Source of the DNA: Delftia acidovorans NBRC 14950
GTDB lineage: Bacteria > Pseudomonadota > Gammaproteobacteria > Burkholderiales > Burkholderiaceae_C
Assembly: GCF_001598795.1 (NCBI RefSeq)
Contig: NZ_BCZP01000029.1
Span: 1 to 32,000, forward strand
Reading direction: 5' to 3'
Length of the DNA stretch: 32,000 bases
In this document: positions 17,476-26,546 of the stretch, in pieces
Layout of the letters: every line of letters begins with the position of its first letter
How positions within the stretch are numbered: position 1 is the stretch's first letter
The notes under the pieces: generated by a model
The model's database searches: none
Told to the model about the DNA's origin: nothing
Seen by the model: only the letters and a program-made list of their open reading frames with translations
Program-made: the position numbers and the translations under genes

Positions 17476-17946
17476 ATGAAACTGGACACCATCGACTTGC
17501 GCATTCTGGCCGAGCTGCAAACGGACGGCTCGCTGTCCAACGTGGAACTGGCGCGGCGCGTGCATCTGTCGCCCTCGCCATGCCTGGCGCGCGTCAAGGC
17601 GCTGGAGAAGGCCGGCGTGATCGCGCGCTATGTGGCGCTGGCCAATGCGTCGGCGCTGGGGCTGGGGCTGAATGTGTTCATCAACATCAGCCTCAAGTCG
17701 CAGGCCAAGGAATCGCTGGCCGACTTCGAGCGCCGCATTGCCGAGCACGACGAGGTCATGGAGTGCTACCTGATGAGCGGCGACGCCGACTATCTGATCC
17801 GCGTGGCGCTGGCCGACATCGGCGCGCTGGAGCGCTTCATCGTGGAGCAGCTCACCCCGATTCCGGGCATAGAGAAGATCCGCTCCAGCTTCACGCTCAA
17901 GCAGGTGCGGTACAAGACCGCCCTGCCCCTGCCTGCGGCGGGTTGA
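17476..17946 (+). CDS. Lrp/AsnC-family transcriptional regulator
   Basis: MKLDTIDLRILAELQTDGSLSNVELARRVHLSPSPCLARVKALEKAGVI (HTH) plus a C-terminal RAM/AsnC-type domain. Divergent from aceE. Confidence 0.93.
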   Translation: MKLDTIDLRILAELQTDGSLSNVELARRVHLSPSPCLARVKALEKAGVIARYVALANASALGLGLNVFINISLKSQAKESLADFERRIAEHDEVMECYLMSGDADYLIRVALADIGALERFIVEQLTPIPGIEKIRSSFTLKQVRYKTALPLPAAG

Positions 17947-17959
17947 TCCGGACCCCGAC

Positions 17960-18880
17960 TCAGCCCGCAGGCTTGGCCATCTCGCCGGTGGCGATGCGGC
18001 GGCGCAGCTCGCCCAGCACGGCCTTGAGGCGGCGCTCGTTGTCCAGGCCCACGCGCACCAGCATCTTCTGTCCGCTGGACAGGGCCTGCAGCTCAGGGTC
18101 GGCGTATTCGTAGCGCACCCAGGGCTGGATGGAGGGCACCTCACCCTCCACCTTGGTCAGCCGTACCTGCACCGGGCCTGCGGGCTCGGGCGCGGCGCGC
18201 AGGTGGTCTATGACGGCAATGAGGCGATCGTTGAAATAGCGGCTGGGATAGCCCAGGTCTTCATAGGCGGTCTGGAACAGGGGGTAAAGCCGGGCATAGA
18301 GCTTGACGGCCCCGTCCATGGGAATGGACTCGGCAAAGGTCACGAAGGCCTTGTAGCGTGCGGCGTTGGCGGGGGCGATGGCCTGCGCATCACCCGCCTC
18401 TGCCGCGCCCTCCACCGTGAAACGCTGAGGCGCCGGGTGCACGGGCCAAAGCCGTGCAGGGGCCTGGGAGCGGGTCAGGTTGTCCACGGTGGCCACGGCG
18501 CGGCGCACAAAGCCGTCCATCTGCAGAAAGCTGCCGGCCTTGTCACGGCCCAGCAGGCCGTTGAGGGCCTGGGTGACATGGGCGTCGGAGTCCTGCAGCG
18601 CGGGCAGGCCGGAGGCGGGTTGCTCCAGCGCATCGACAGGGTTCTGGGGCTCGGTCAGCTCGGGCGCGGGGACGGGTTCAGGTTCGGAGGGCTGGGTGGA
18701 CTGGGCGGGCGCCTGCGCCACTTCCGCCGGCGCCTCGGGCACGGCGGCGGGACGCCACCAGTACCACCAGGCCGCGCCCCCCAGGGCGGCAGCCGCCAGC
18801 ACCGCTGCGGCGATGCCGAAGGCCGATGGGCCGGAGGATCTGGCGCGAGGGCGGAAGTCTTGGGGATCGCGTTCTGGCAT
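17960..18880 (-). CDS. Membrane-anchored protein of unknown function (DUF3014-like)
   Basis: N-terminal TM anchor FGIAAAVLAAAALGGAAWWYWW, a Pro/Glu/Ala-rich linker, then a conserved-looking C-terminal domain (FVRRAVATVDNL...YKAFVTFAESI...LYPLFQTAYEDLGYP). ATG preceded by AAGGA. The family name is from memory. Confidence 0.7.
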   Translation of the reverse strand: MPERDPQDFRPRARSSGPSAFGIAAAVLAAAALGGAAWWYWWRPAAVPEAPAEVAQAPAQSTQPSEPEPVPAPELTEPQNPVDALEQPASGLPALQDSDAHVTQALNGLLGRDKAGSFLQMDGFVRRAVATVDNLTRSQAPARLWPVHPAPQRFTVEGAAEAGDAQAIAPANAARYKAFVTFAESIPMDGAVKLYARLYPLFQTAYEDLGYPSRYFNDRLIAVIDHLRAAPEPAGPVQVRLTKVEGEVPSIQPWVRYEYADPELQALSSGQKMLVRVGLDNERRLKAVLGELRRRIATGEMAKPAG

Positions 18881-19071
18881 GGATGGGTCCTTTGGCTTGG
18901 GCAGGGGGCTGGCAGCTCAGTTGCCGCAGGACGTGCGACAGCAAAGCACAACCAGGGTTCCCCGGCTTTGCTGACACCGGCCCCTGCCTTGTGTTTATAA
19001 GCCGCCCCGCTGCCTGCGCAGGCCATCGTGCGCGCCTGGCAACAACGCGTTACCCGGCTTACCCGGCCGTC

Positions 19072-19740
19072 TCAGCCCTGCGTGCCCAGATCCTGGAGCC
19101 AGGCCATGGCAGCCTGCAGCTCGTCGGGGCGGATTTCGTGCATGCTGGGGTACTCGTGGTAGCTCAGTTGCAGCGGCAGGCGCTGCACGTGGCTGCGAAT
19201 GGCGTGGGCGCTGGTCAGCGGAATGACGTTGTCGTAGGTGCCGTGGCTGACCCAGAGCGACTTGCCGTCAAAGGCCGCGTCAGGAGCCTGGTGCGGCAAG
19301 GCCTCGGGCAGCAGGCGGCTGTGCCAGCACATGGCGGCGCGCAGCAGCGCGGGCTGGGTCAGCAGCAGGCTGAGCGCCATGATGCCGCCCTGGCTGAAGC
19401 CGCCCGCCACGGTTCGCTGGGCAGGGATGTCCAGCCGCGCTCCGGCCTGCTGCACGGTCTGGGCCACCAGGGCGCGGCTGTGCTCTTCCTGCGATGCGTG
19501 GATGTGGCGCGTGCCGTTGGCATCCACCGTGAACTGGAACCAGGCATGGGCTGAGGGACCCATGGAAAACGGAGCGCGCAGGCTGAGCACGTGGAACTGC
19601 GGCGGCACGAACGATGCGAGGCCGAACAGATCCTGCTCATTGCTGCCAACGCCATGCATGAGCACCAGCAGCCAGGGCTGCTGCCCCGGTGCGGGTTGTG
19701 GGGGGCGCTCCAGCGCCACCAGAGGCAGGTCGATCATCAC
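19072..19740 (-). CDS. Phospholipase/carboxylesterase-family alpha/beta hydrolase
   Basis: Nucleophile elbow GFSQGG, LLVLMHGVGSNEQDL, and C-terminal HG...D...H pattern. SD AAGGAG 3 nt upstream of the ATG at 19740. Confidence 0.85.
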   Translation of the reverse strand: MMIDLPLVALERPPQPAPGQQPWLLVLMHGVGSNEQDLFGLASFVPPQFHVLSLRAPFSMGPSAHAWFQFTVDANGTRHIHASQEEHSRALVAQTVQQAGARLDIPAQRTVAGGFSQGGIMALSLLLTQPALLRAAMCWHSRLLPEALPHQAPDAAFDGKSLWVSHGTYDNVIPLTSAHAIRSHVQRLPLQLSYHEYPSMHEIRPDELQAAMAWLQDLGTQG

Positions 19741-19832
19741 GGACTCCTTGGTTTTTTAGCGATTTCCAGGACCGGGGTGGTCCCGGGCAACGCGCCATTG
19801 TGGCGCCTCGCCAAGTCCGCGGCAGCAGGAGG

Positions 19833-20771
19833 TTATGCCGCCTGCGCGTCCTCGAAGGCCATCGCATCCATGGCCAGGATGGAATACATGACTTCGCGGC
19901 TCAGATACCGTGGCCGCGCCGTGGCGCCGGCCGCGCCCAGCGCGAAGTACAGCGGCATGAAGTGCTCCTCGCTGGGATGGGCGCGCCGGGCCGAAGGCGC
20001 GCGGGCGCGGTAGTCCAGCAGCGCAGGCAGATCCTGCGCCTGCAGGCGCGATTCGATCCAGCGGCTGAAATCCTGCACGTAGGGCGAGGAGGCGCTGGAG
20101 CCGCCGACGGCATGGTCGCCCTGCAGGCCATCCTGGCTGCGCAGGGCCTGCACGGCGTCGTCCACCCGTACCGTGGCCTCGCCCGTGCCGCCCCGGAATT
20201 CGCCCAGGTTGTGCGTCATGCTGCCGGAGCCGACGATGAGCACGCCCTCATCGCGCAGCCCCGCCAGGGCTGCGCCCAGCGCATGGGTTTCGGCCGGCCC
20301 GGCCGAGGCAGGCAGGGACAGCTGCACCACGGGCAGGTCGGCATCCGGCAGCAAATGCATCAGCGGCACCCAGGCGCCGTGGTCGAAGGGCCGCTGCGCG
20401 TTGGCGGTGGAGGCAATGCCTGCGGCCTGCAGGCGGTCCATGACTTCCTGCGCCAGCTGGGGCGCGCCGGGGGCCGGGTACTGCAGTTCGTAGAGCGCGG
20501 GCGGAAAGCCGCCAAAGTCGTGCCAGGTGGCGGGCGTGGCACCGGTCATGACTTCCACGCCCTGCGACATCCAGTGCGGCGACATGACGACCACGCCGCG
20601 CAGCGGGCCGTGGGCCTGGCGCAGCGCCCTGCCCCATTGCGCGAGCACGGGGCCGGTTTCACCCGGCTCCAGCGCGAACATGGGCGAGCCGTGGGAGACG
20701 TAGAGCACGGGCAGCCGGGCACCGGCAGCGGAGGAAACCCGGGGGGAGTGGGGAGCGTGGGAGTCTTGCAT
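19833..20771 (-). CDS. LigB-family class III extradiol dioxygenase (4,5-DOPA dioxygenase / YgiD-like)
   Basis: LPVLYVSHGSPMFAL, VVMSPHW, WHDFGGFP..LYELQYPAPG, FDHGAWVPLMHL, GSGSMTHNL. ATG at 20771. Confidence 0.85.
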   Translation of the reverse strand: MQDSHAPHSPRVSSAAGARLPVLYVSHGSPMFALEPGETGPVLAQWGRALRQAHGPLRGVVVMSPHWMSQGVEVMTGATPATWHDFGGFPPALYELQYPAPGAPQLAQEVMDRLQAAGIASTANAQRPFDHGAWVPLMHLLPDADLPVVQLSLPASAGPAETHALGAALAGLRDEGVLIVGSGSMTHNLGEFRGGTGEATVRVDDAVQALRSQDGLQGDHAVGGSSASSPYVQDFSRWIESRLQAQDLPALLDYRARAPSARRAHPSEEHFMPLYFALGAAGATARPRYLSREVMYSILAMDAMAFEDAQAA

Positions 20772-20853
20772 TCCCCTAATGTAGGGACGCCCGGGCGCCG
20801 CGCCAAGCCGCCAGCGGCAGCACACATTGTTGCGCTGGCCGGGTCAATCCGGA

Positions 20854-21264
20854 TCAATCGTCGCGCGGGCGCCCGCGCAGGGCCTTGGTGGCGCCGTGCC
20901 GGCTCTTGCTTTCCAGGCGGCGCCGCTGCGATCCCAGCGTGGGCCGGGTGGCGCGGCGCAGGATGGGCTCCGGATAGGCGGCGGCCACCAGCACGTTGAG
21001 CCGCTGCAGCGCAGCGCGCAGGTTCTGCTCCTGCGTGCGGTGTTGCTGTGCCTTGATGACGACCACGCCCTCGTTGGTGATGCGGCCGTCGCGCAGGGCC
21101 AGCAGGCGCTGCTGCACGGCCTCGGGCAGGCGCGAGGCGCGCACGTCAAAGCGCAGGTGCACGGCGCTGGAGACCTTGTTCACGTTCTGGCCGCCCGCGC
21201 CCTGGGCGCGCATGGCGGTCCACTGCACCTCGTGCAGCTCGATGGGCCGCATGCGCTCAGGCAT
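20854..21264 (-). CDS. arfB: Alternative ribosome-rescue factor ArfB (peptidyl-tRNA hydrolase, GGQ class)
   Basis: MRAQGAGGQNVNKVSSAVHLRFD GGQ domain plus a basic C-terminal tail RRATRPTLGSQRRRLESKSRHGATKALRGRP. The start is 21264 or the second ATG at 21252. It overlaps or abuts the upstream hydrolase stop. Confidence 0.92.
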   Translation of the reverse strand: MPERMRPIELHEVQWTAMRAQGAGGQNVNKVSSAVHLRFDVRASRLPEAVQQRLLALRDGRITNEGVVVIKAQQHRTQEQNLRAALQRLNVLVAAAYPEPILRRATRPTLGSQRRRLESKSRHGATKALRGRPRDD

Positions 21265-22144
21265 CCAGCGCAGCGGTCAATGCCGCCACAAAGGCATCGG
21301 GACGCTCATGCATGACCCAGTGGCCCGCGCCGGGCACCAGCGCCAGGCCGCAGAAGTCGCGCGCATGGCGTGCAAAGGCCTGGGCCAGCTCCTGCATCAT
21401 CGGGCCCGGGTAGAGCGCGTCGTGCTCGCCATAGATGGCCCATACGGGGCCGTCCACGGCCTGCAGGGCCCGCGCCAGCACGTCGGTGTGCGAGAGGCGG
21501 CGGCGCGGAAGGCGGTCACGCTCCACGTTGAGCACATGCAGGGCCAGCGTGTCCTCGTCGATGAGGCTGGCGTCATGCAGCATCAGCGCCTGCAGGTTGT
21601 AGCGGTGGGCCACGGCCTGCGCCTCGGGCGTGGCCAGGTGGCGCCAGCCCTTGAGCCGCACGGCCAGGCCCTTGCCCACGCCCATGCCGGGCGCCCCGGC
21701 CAGCACCAGGCGCCGGGCCAGCGTGCCGTCGGCGGCGGCCAGCATGCCGGCCGTCATGCCGCCAAAAGAGAAGCCGACCAGATCGCACAGCGGGGCGGCG
21801 GGCGCACCGTCATCGGCCAGCAGTTGCCGCAGGCCCTGGCGCAGCGGCTCGACCAGGGTGTCGGCATCCTGGCCGCCCGGCACGCCGTCGGAATCGCCAA
21901 AGCCCGGCAGGTCGGGTATCCACAGCTGGCGGCCCTGGGCCAGCAGCGCGTCCATGCAGCGCAGCCAGTGCGTCCAGCTGCCGCTGCCGCCGTGCAGCAT
22001 GACGATGGGCAGCTCGCCCGCGCGTGCCTCGCCCCAGACATGCCAGACCATGTGGCCGTCCTCGGGCTGCGCGGCAGACAGCGGCGTGGTCAGGCGCCGC
22101 GCCTGGGCGCGCAGGCGCTCAATGGCGGCGGGCGTATTCACCAC
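21257..22144 (-). CDS. Alpha/beta-fold hydrolase
   Basis: [12 protein letters not shown]...[10 protein letters not shown]...[11 protein letters not shown] (GxSxG-type elbow) ...[14 protein letters not shown] start within GTGGTGA, overlapping the aroQ stop. Confidence 0.85.
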   Translation of the reverse strand: MVNTPAAIERLRAQARRLTTPLSAAQPEDGHMVWHVWGEARAGELPIVMLHGGSGSWTHWLRCMDALLAQGRQLWIPDLPGFGDSDGVPGGQDADTLVEPLRQGLRQLLADDGAPAAPLCDLVGFSFGGMTAGMLAAADGTLARRLVLAGAPGMGVGKGLAVRLKGWRHLATPEAQAVAHRYNLQALMLHDASLIDEDTLALHVLNVERDRLPRRRLSHTDVLARALQAVDGPVWAIYGEHDALYPGPMMQELAQAFARHARDFCGLALVPGAGHWVMHERPDAFVAALTAALDA

Positions 22145-22605
22145 TGGGCCACGGCGTCAATGGCCAGGCCGTAGCCGGCCACGCCAAAGCCGCACATCAC
22201 GGCGCGCGCGGCGGCCGACAGGTAGGAGTGGTGGCGGAAGCTCTCGCGCGCATGCACGTTGCTGATGTGCAGCTCCACCAGCGGCACGCCCGTGCCCTTG
22301 ACGGCATCCAGCAGGGCCACGCTGGTGTGGGTGTAGGCGGCGGCGTTGAAGATCAGGCCGGCCAAGCGGCCTTCGGCGTGCACGCGGCCGGCTTCGTGGA
22401 TCCAGTCCACCAGTTCGCCTTCATGGTTGCTCTGGCGGAACTCCAGCCCCAGCCCGTAGCGCGCGCAGGCAGCTTCGCACAGCGCACGCACATCGGCCAG
22501 GGTCTGGGAGCCATAGATGGCGGGTTCACGCAGGCCCAGCAGGTTCAGGTTCGGGCCATTGAGGACATAGACGGTTTTCACGGCGGGGACACTCCAGGTT
22601 TCCAA
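22138..22605 (-). CDS. aroQ: Type II 3-dehydroquinate dehydratase
   Basis: [68 protein letters not shown]. The track start at 22605 is a TTG; a GTG at 22581 (VKTVYVLNG) is an equally plausible start. Confidence 0.92.
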   Translation of the reverse strand: METWSVPAVKTVYVLNGPNLNLLGLREPAIYGSQTLADVRALCEAACARYGLGLEFRQSNHEGELVDWIHEAGRVHAEGRLAGLIFNAAAYTHTSVALLDAVKGTGVPLVELHISNVHARESFRHHSYLSAAARAVMCGFGVAGYGLAIDAVAQW

Positions 22606-22657
22606 CGGGCTGGATTATGCGGGCCATCCCTGGCCCGGTCTTGGCGCAGGCGCCACG

Positions 22658-22681
22658 GAAAAAGCCGCCCCAAGGGGCGGC
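22658..22681 (-). terminator. Intrinsic terminator after the small PxPV-repeat gene
   Basis: Minus strand: GCCGCCCC-TT-GGGGCGGC (the effective loop must open the inner pairs) followed by TTTTTCC, about 30 nt after the stop at 22712. Confidence 0.7.
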
Positions 22682-22711
22682 AAGAGTCGGTTCAGCGCGG
22701 CTCAGCTCAGA

Positions 22712-23080
22712 TCAACGGCGCCAGTGACCATGCCCGTGGCCATGGCCATGGCGGTACTCGCCACGGTATCCACCCCGGTAGCCGCCGCCATAGCCGTATC
22801 CGTAGCCGGGAACGACCACGACGGGCGGAGCACGGTAGACGGCGCGCGGCGCGTAGTAGACCGGCGGCGGGGGCGCGTAGTAGATGGGCTGGGGCGGTGC
22901 CACATACACGGGGGCAGGCGCGACATAGACGGGCGGGCCATACATGCCCGGCGAATTCAGGCTGATGGACCATTGCACATCGCCCCGGGCCTGGGCGGCG
23001 CCCGAAGCCATGAGGGCGGCCAGGGCCAGGCCGGCTGCTGCTGCTGCTTTTGCAACCCACGGGGAAGCTGTCGTTGTCAT
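22712..23080 (-). CDS. Small secreted Pro/Tyr/Gly-rich protein (PxPV-type repeats) with C-terminal (HG)4 tract
   Basis: SD GGAGAG 6 nt upstream of the ATG at 23080. Signal peptide MTTTASPWVAKAAAAAGLALAALMASGAAQA/RG. Repeats PPVYVAPAPVYVAPPQPIYYAPPPPVYYAP, then GYGYGYGGGYRGGYRGEYRHGHGHGHGHWRR. Confidence 0.75.
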   Translation of the reverse strand: MTTTASPWVAKAAAAAGLALAALMASGAAQARGDVQWSISLNSPGMYGPPVYVAPAPVYVAPPQPIYYAPPPPVYYAPRAVYRAPPVVVVPGYGYGYGGGYRGGYRGEYRHGHGHGHGHWRR

Positions 23081-23310
23081 GGTGTCTCTCCTCGAAGTTG
23101 GACAGGCGTGGCAGGCATTGCCGCTGGTGCCGCCTTCCCGCACTTTGGCACAGGGGGACGGCATACGCCCTGCATTCTCAACGCGCGAGAGGGGTCTACG
23201 GATGGCAGGCTTTTCTACAAGTTTGTTTCCAAATGCCTCAACCCTTGGCTGGCGCGGCTGTCCGAAAGCCGTCCGGAGCGGGTCTGCAGGCGGGCGCCTA
23301 CAATGCTGCG

Positions 23311-25119
<1,809 letters not shown>

Positions 25120-25163
25120 GCGCATGGCCCGCTGACGGGCATCTGCACCGCTCCTCCCCCGAA

Positions 25164-25200
25164 GATGGTCCACCATCCTGCTTTGCAGGGGTGGGCCATC
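25164..25200 (+). terminator. Stem-loop downstream of glnS (terminator-like, no U tract)
   Basis: GATGGTCCACC (25164-25174) pairs with GGTGGGCCATC (25190-25200), 11 bp with one T:G pair and a 15-nt loop. Confidence 0.35.
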
Positions 25201-25204
25201 GCAC

Positions 25205-25966
25205 ATGGGCGCTTTTGCAGGGACCGTGGCCTCAGCACAATGCCAGGCCATGAACCAAGCCTTGCCACAGGCGGCTTCCACCGCCAAGTTCGACACCTCC
25301 CGCGCTGCCGAGTACGAAACGCAAAGCCGCATCGCACTGGCCGGCTACGACGCCTGCCACGAGCTGGCCGCCTGCCTGCTGGCTGCCAGCCTGGATGCCG
25401 GCCCGAAGTCCGTGCTGATTGGCGGCGCCGGTGGCACGGGCCAGGAGATACTGGCCACGGCGCGGCTCAGGCCGCTGTGGAAATTCACGGCTGCCGACCC
25501 CTCGGCCCCCATGCTGGACCAGACCATGGACCGCATCGCCGCAGCGGGGCTGTCGGCCCAAGTGCAGGCCGCCCCCTTCGCCGTGCAGGACCTGCCGGCC
25601 GGCATGGTGTTCGACGCGGCCACGCTGATCGGCGTGCTGCACCACGTCCCTGACGACGCGGACAAGCTGCAGCTGCTGCAGGCCCTGTCGGCGCGGCTGG
25701 CGCCGGGGGCGCCCTTCATCCTGGCCTGCAACCGCCACCGCTATGACAGCGAGCCGCTGTTCCTTGAAGCCTGGGCCATGCGCTGGCGCATGGCGGGCGT
25801 GGACGAGGCCGCTGTCCATGCGAAACTCGGCAAAATCCGGCAGGGCGCGGTTCCACCGGCCTCGGAAGAGGCGGTGGAGCAGATGCTGGCCCAGGCTGGT
25901 TTCGTGCAGCCCAAGCGCTTTTTCTCCAGCCTGTTCTGGTGTGCCTGGATTGCCTTCAAGGCCTGA
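25205..25966 (+). CDS. Class I SAM-dependent methyltransferase (substrate unknown)
   Basis: Rossmann motif I-like VLIGGAGGTGQE, an acidic residue after beta-2 (FTAADPS), and motif IV-like FDAATLIGVLHHV. The start is ambiguous (ATG 25205 or ATG 25250, MNQAL). Confidence 0.75.
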   Translation: MGAFAGTVASAQCQAMNQALPQAASTAKFDTSRAAEYETQSRIALAGYDACHELAACLLAASLDAGPKSVLIGGAGGTGQEILATARLRPLWKFTAADPSAPMLDQTMDRIAAAGLSAQVQAAPFAVQDLPAGMVFDAATLIGVLHHVPDDADKLQLLQALSARLAPGAPFILACNRHRYDSEPLFLEAWAMRWRMAGVDEAAVHAKLGKIRQGAVPPASEEAVEQMLAQAGFVQPKRFFSSLFWCAWIAFKA

Positions 25967-26057
25967 CCACGGAACCACTCAGCCACTGAAACACCAGAAC
26001 GCCCGGCGCCGGTTGACCCGTCCCTTTCTCCCTTTTCCCTTTGATTTGCCTTTCAGC

Positions 26058-26375
26058 ATGAACTTCTCCGCACGCCTTCAGCAACTGCCCACCGTCACCC
26101 ACCTCGCCGCGCTGCAGCTGGCCGATGCCCAGGGCCAGGTCGTGGCCACCATCGAGAACAAGCCCGGCCAGACCGGCTCGCTGGCCGTGTACCACGCGCT
26201 GGCCGCGCTGTACGGCGGCAGCATCACGCCGGCGGCCGCCGAGCTGGGCCTGGAGTGGTATGCCGAGCACACGCAGGACGCCATCGCCTTCCCCGGCAAG
26301 CACCCCAACATCGACCGCCTGCTGGCCTGGTCCAAGGGTGCCGAGAGCTACCAGGCCCGCCTGATCGCGGCCTGA
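26058..26375 (+). CDS. Small conserved hypothetical protein (possibly DUF2322 family)
   Basis: 105 aa. MNFSARLQQLPTVTHLAALQL...IENKPGQTGSLAVYHALA...GKHPNIDRLL. High GC3 and in-phase codon usage. The family assignment is from memory only. Confidence 0.6.
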   Translation: MNFSARLQQLPTVTHLAALQLADAQGQVVATIENKPGQTGSLAVYHALAALYGGSITPAAAELGLEWYAEHTQDAIAFPGKHPNIDRLLAWSKGAESYQARLIAA

Positions 26376-26406
26376 GCACGGCCTGATCGCGCCTGATTCA
26401 GCCTGG
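26360..26406. repeat. Tandem 10-11-nt repeat (about 4.5 units) spanning the stop codon of the preceding gene
   Basis: CCTGATCGCGG / CCTGAGCACGG / CCTGATCGCG / CCTGATTCAG / CCTGG. Each full unit carries a TGA, and the four TGAs fall in all three frames. Confidence 0.8.
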
Positions 26407-26546
26407 GTAAACACCGCGTCACAGAAGTTGCGCTGACTGGGGGCATCGGCTGACACGCCGGTGTCAACGCAGCGTGCACTTTGGCGTTCAAATGACATGT
26501 GCCTTGCCGCTTCGGCGCGCAAGGCGTTCCTGTCCAGGAGAACGCA

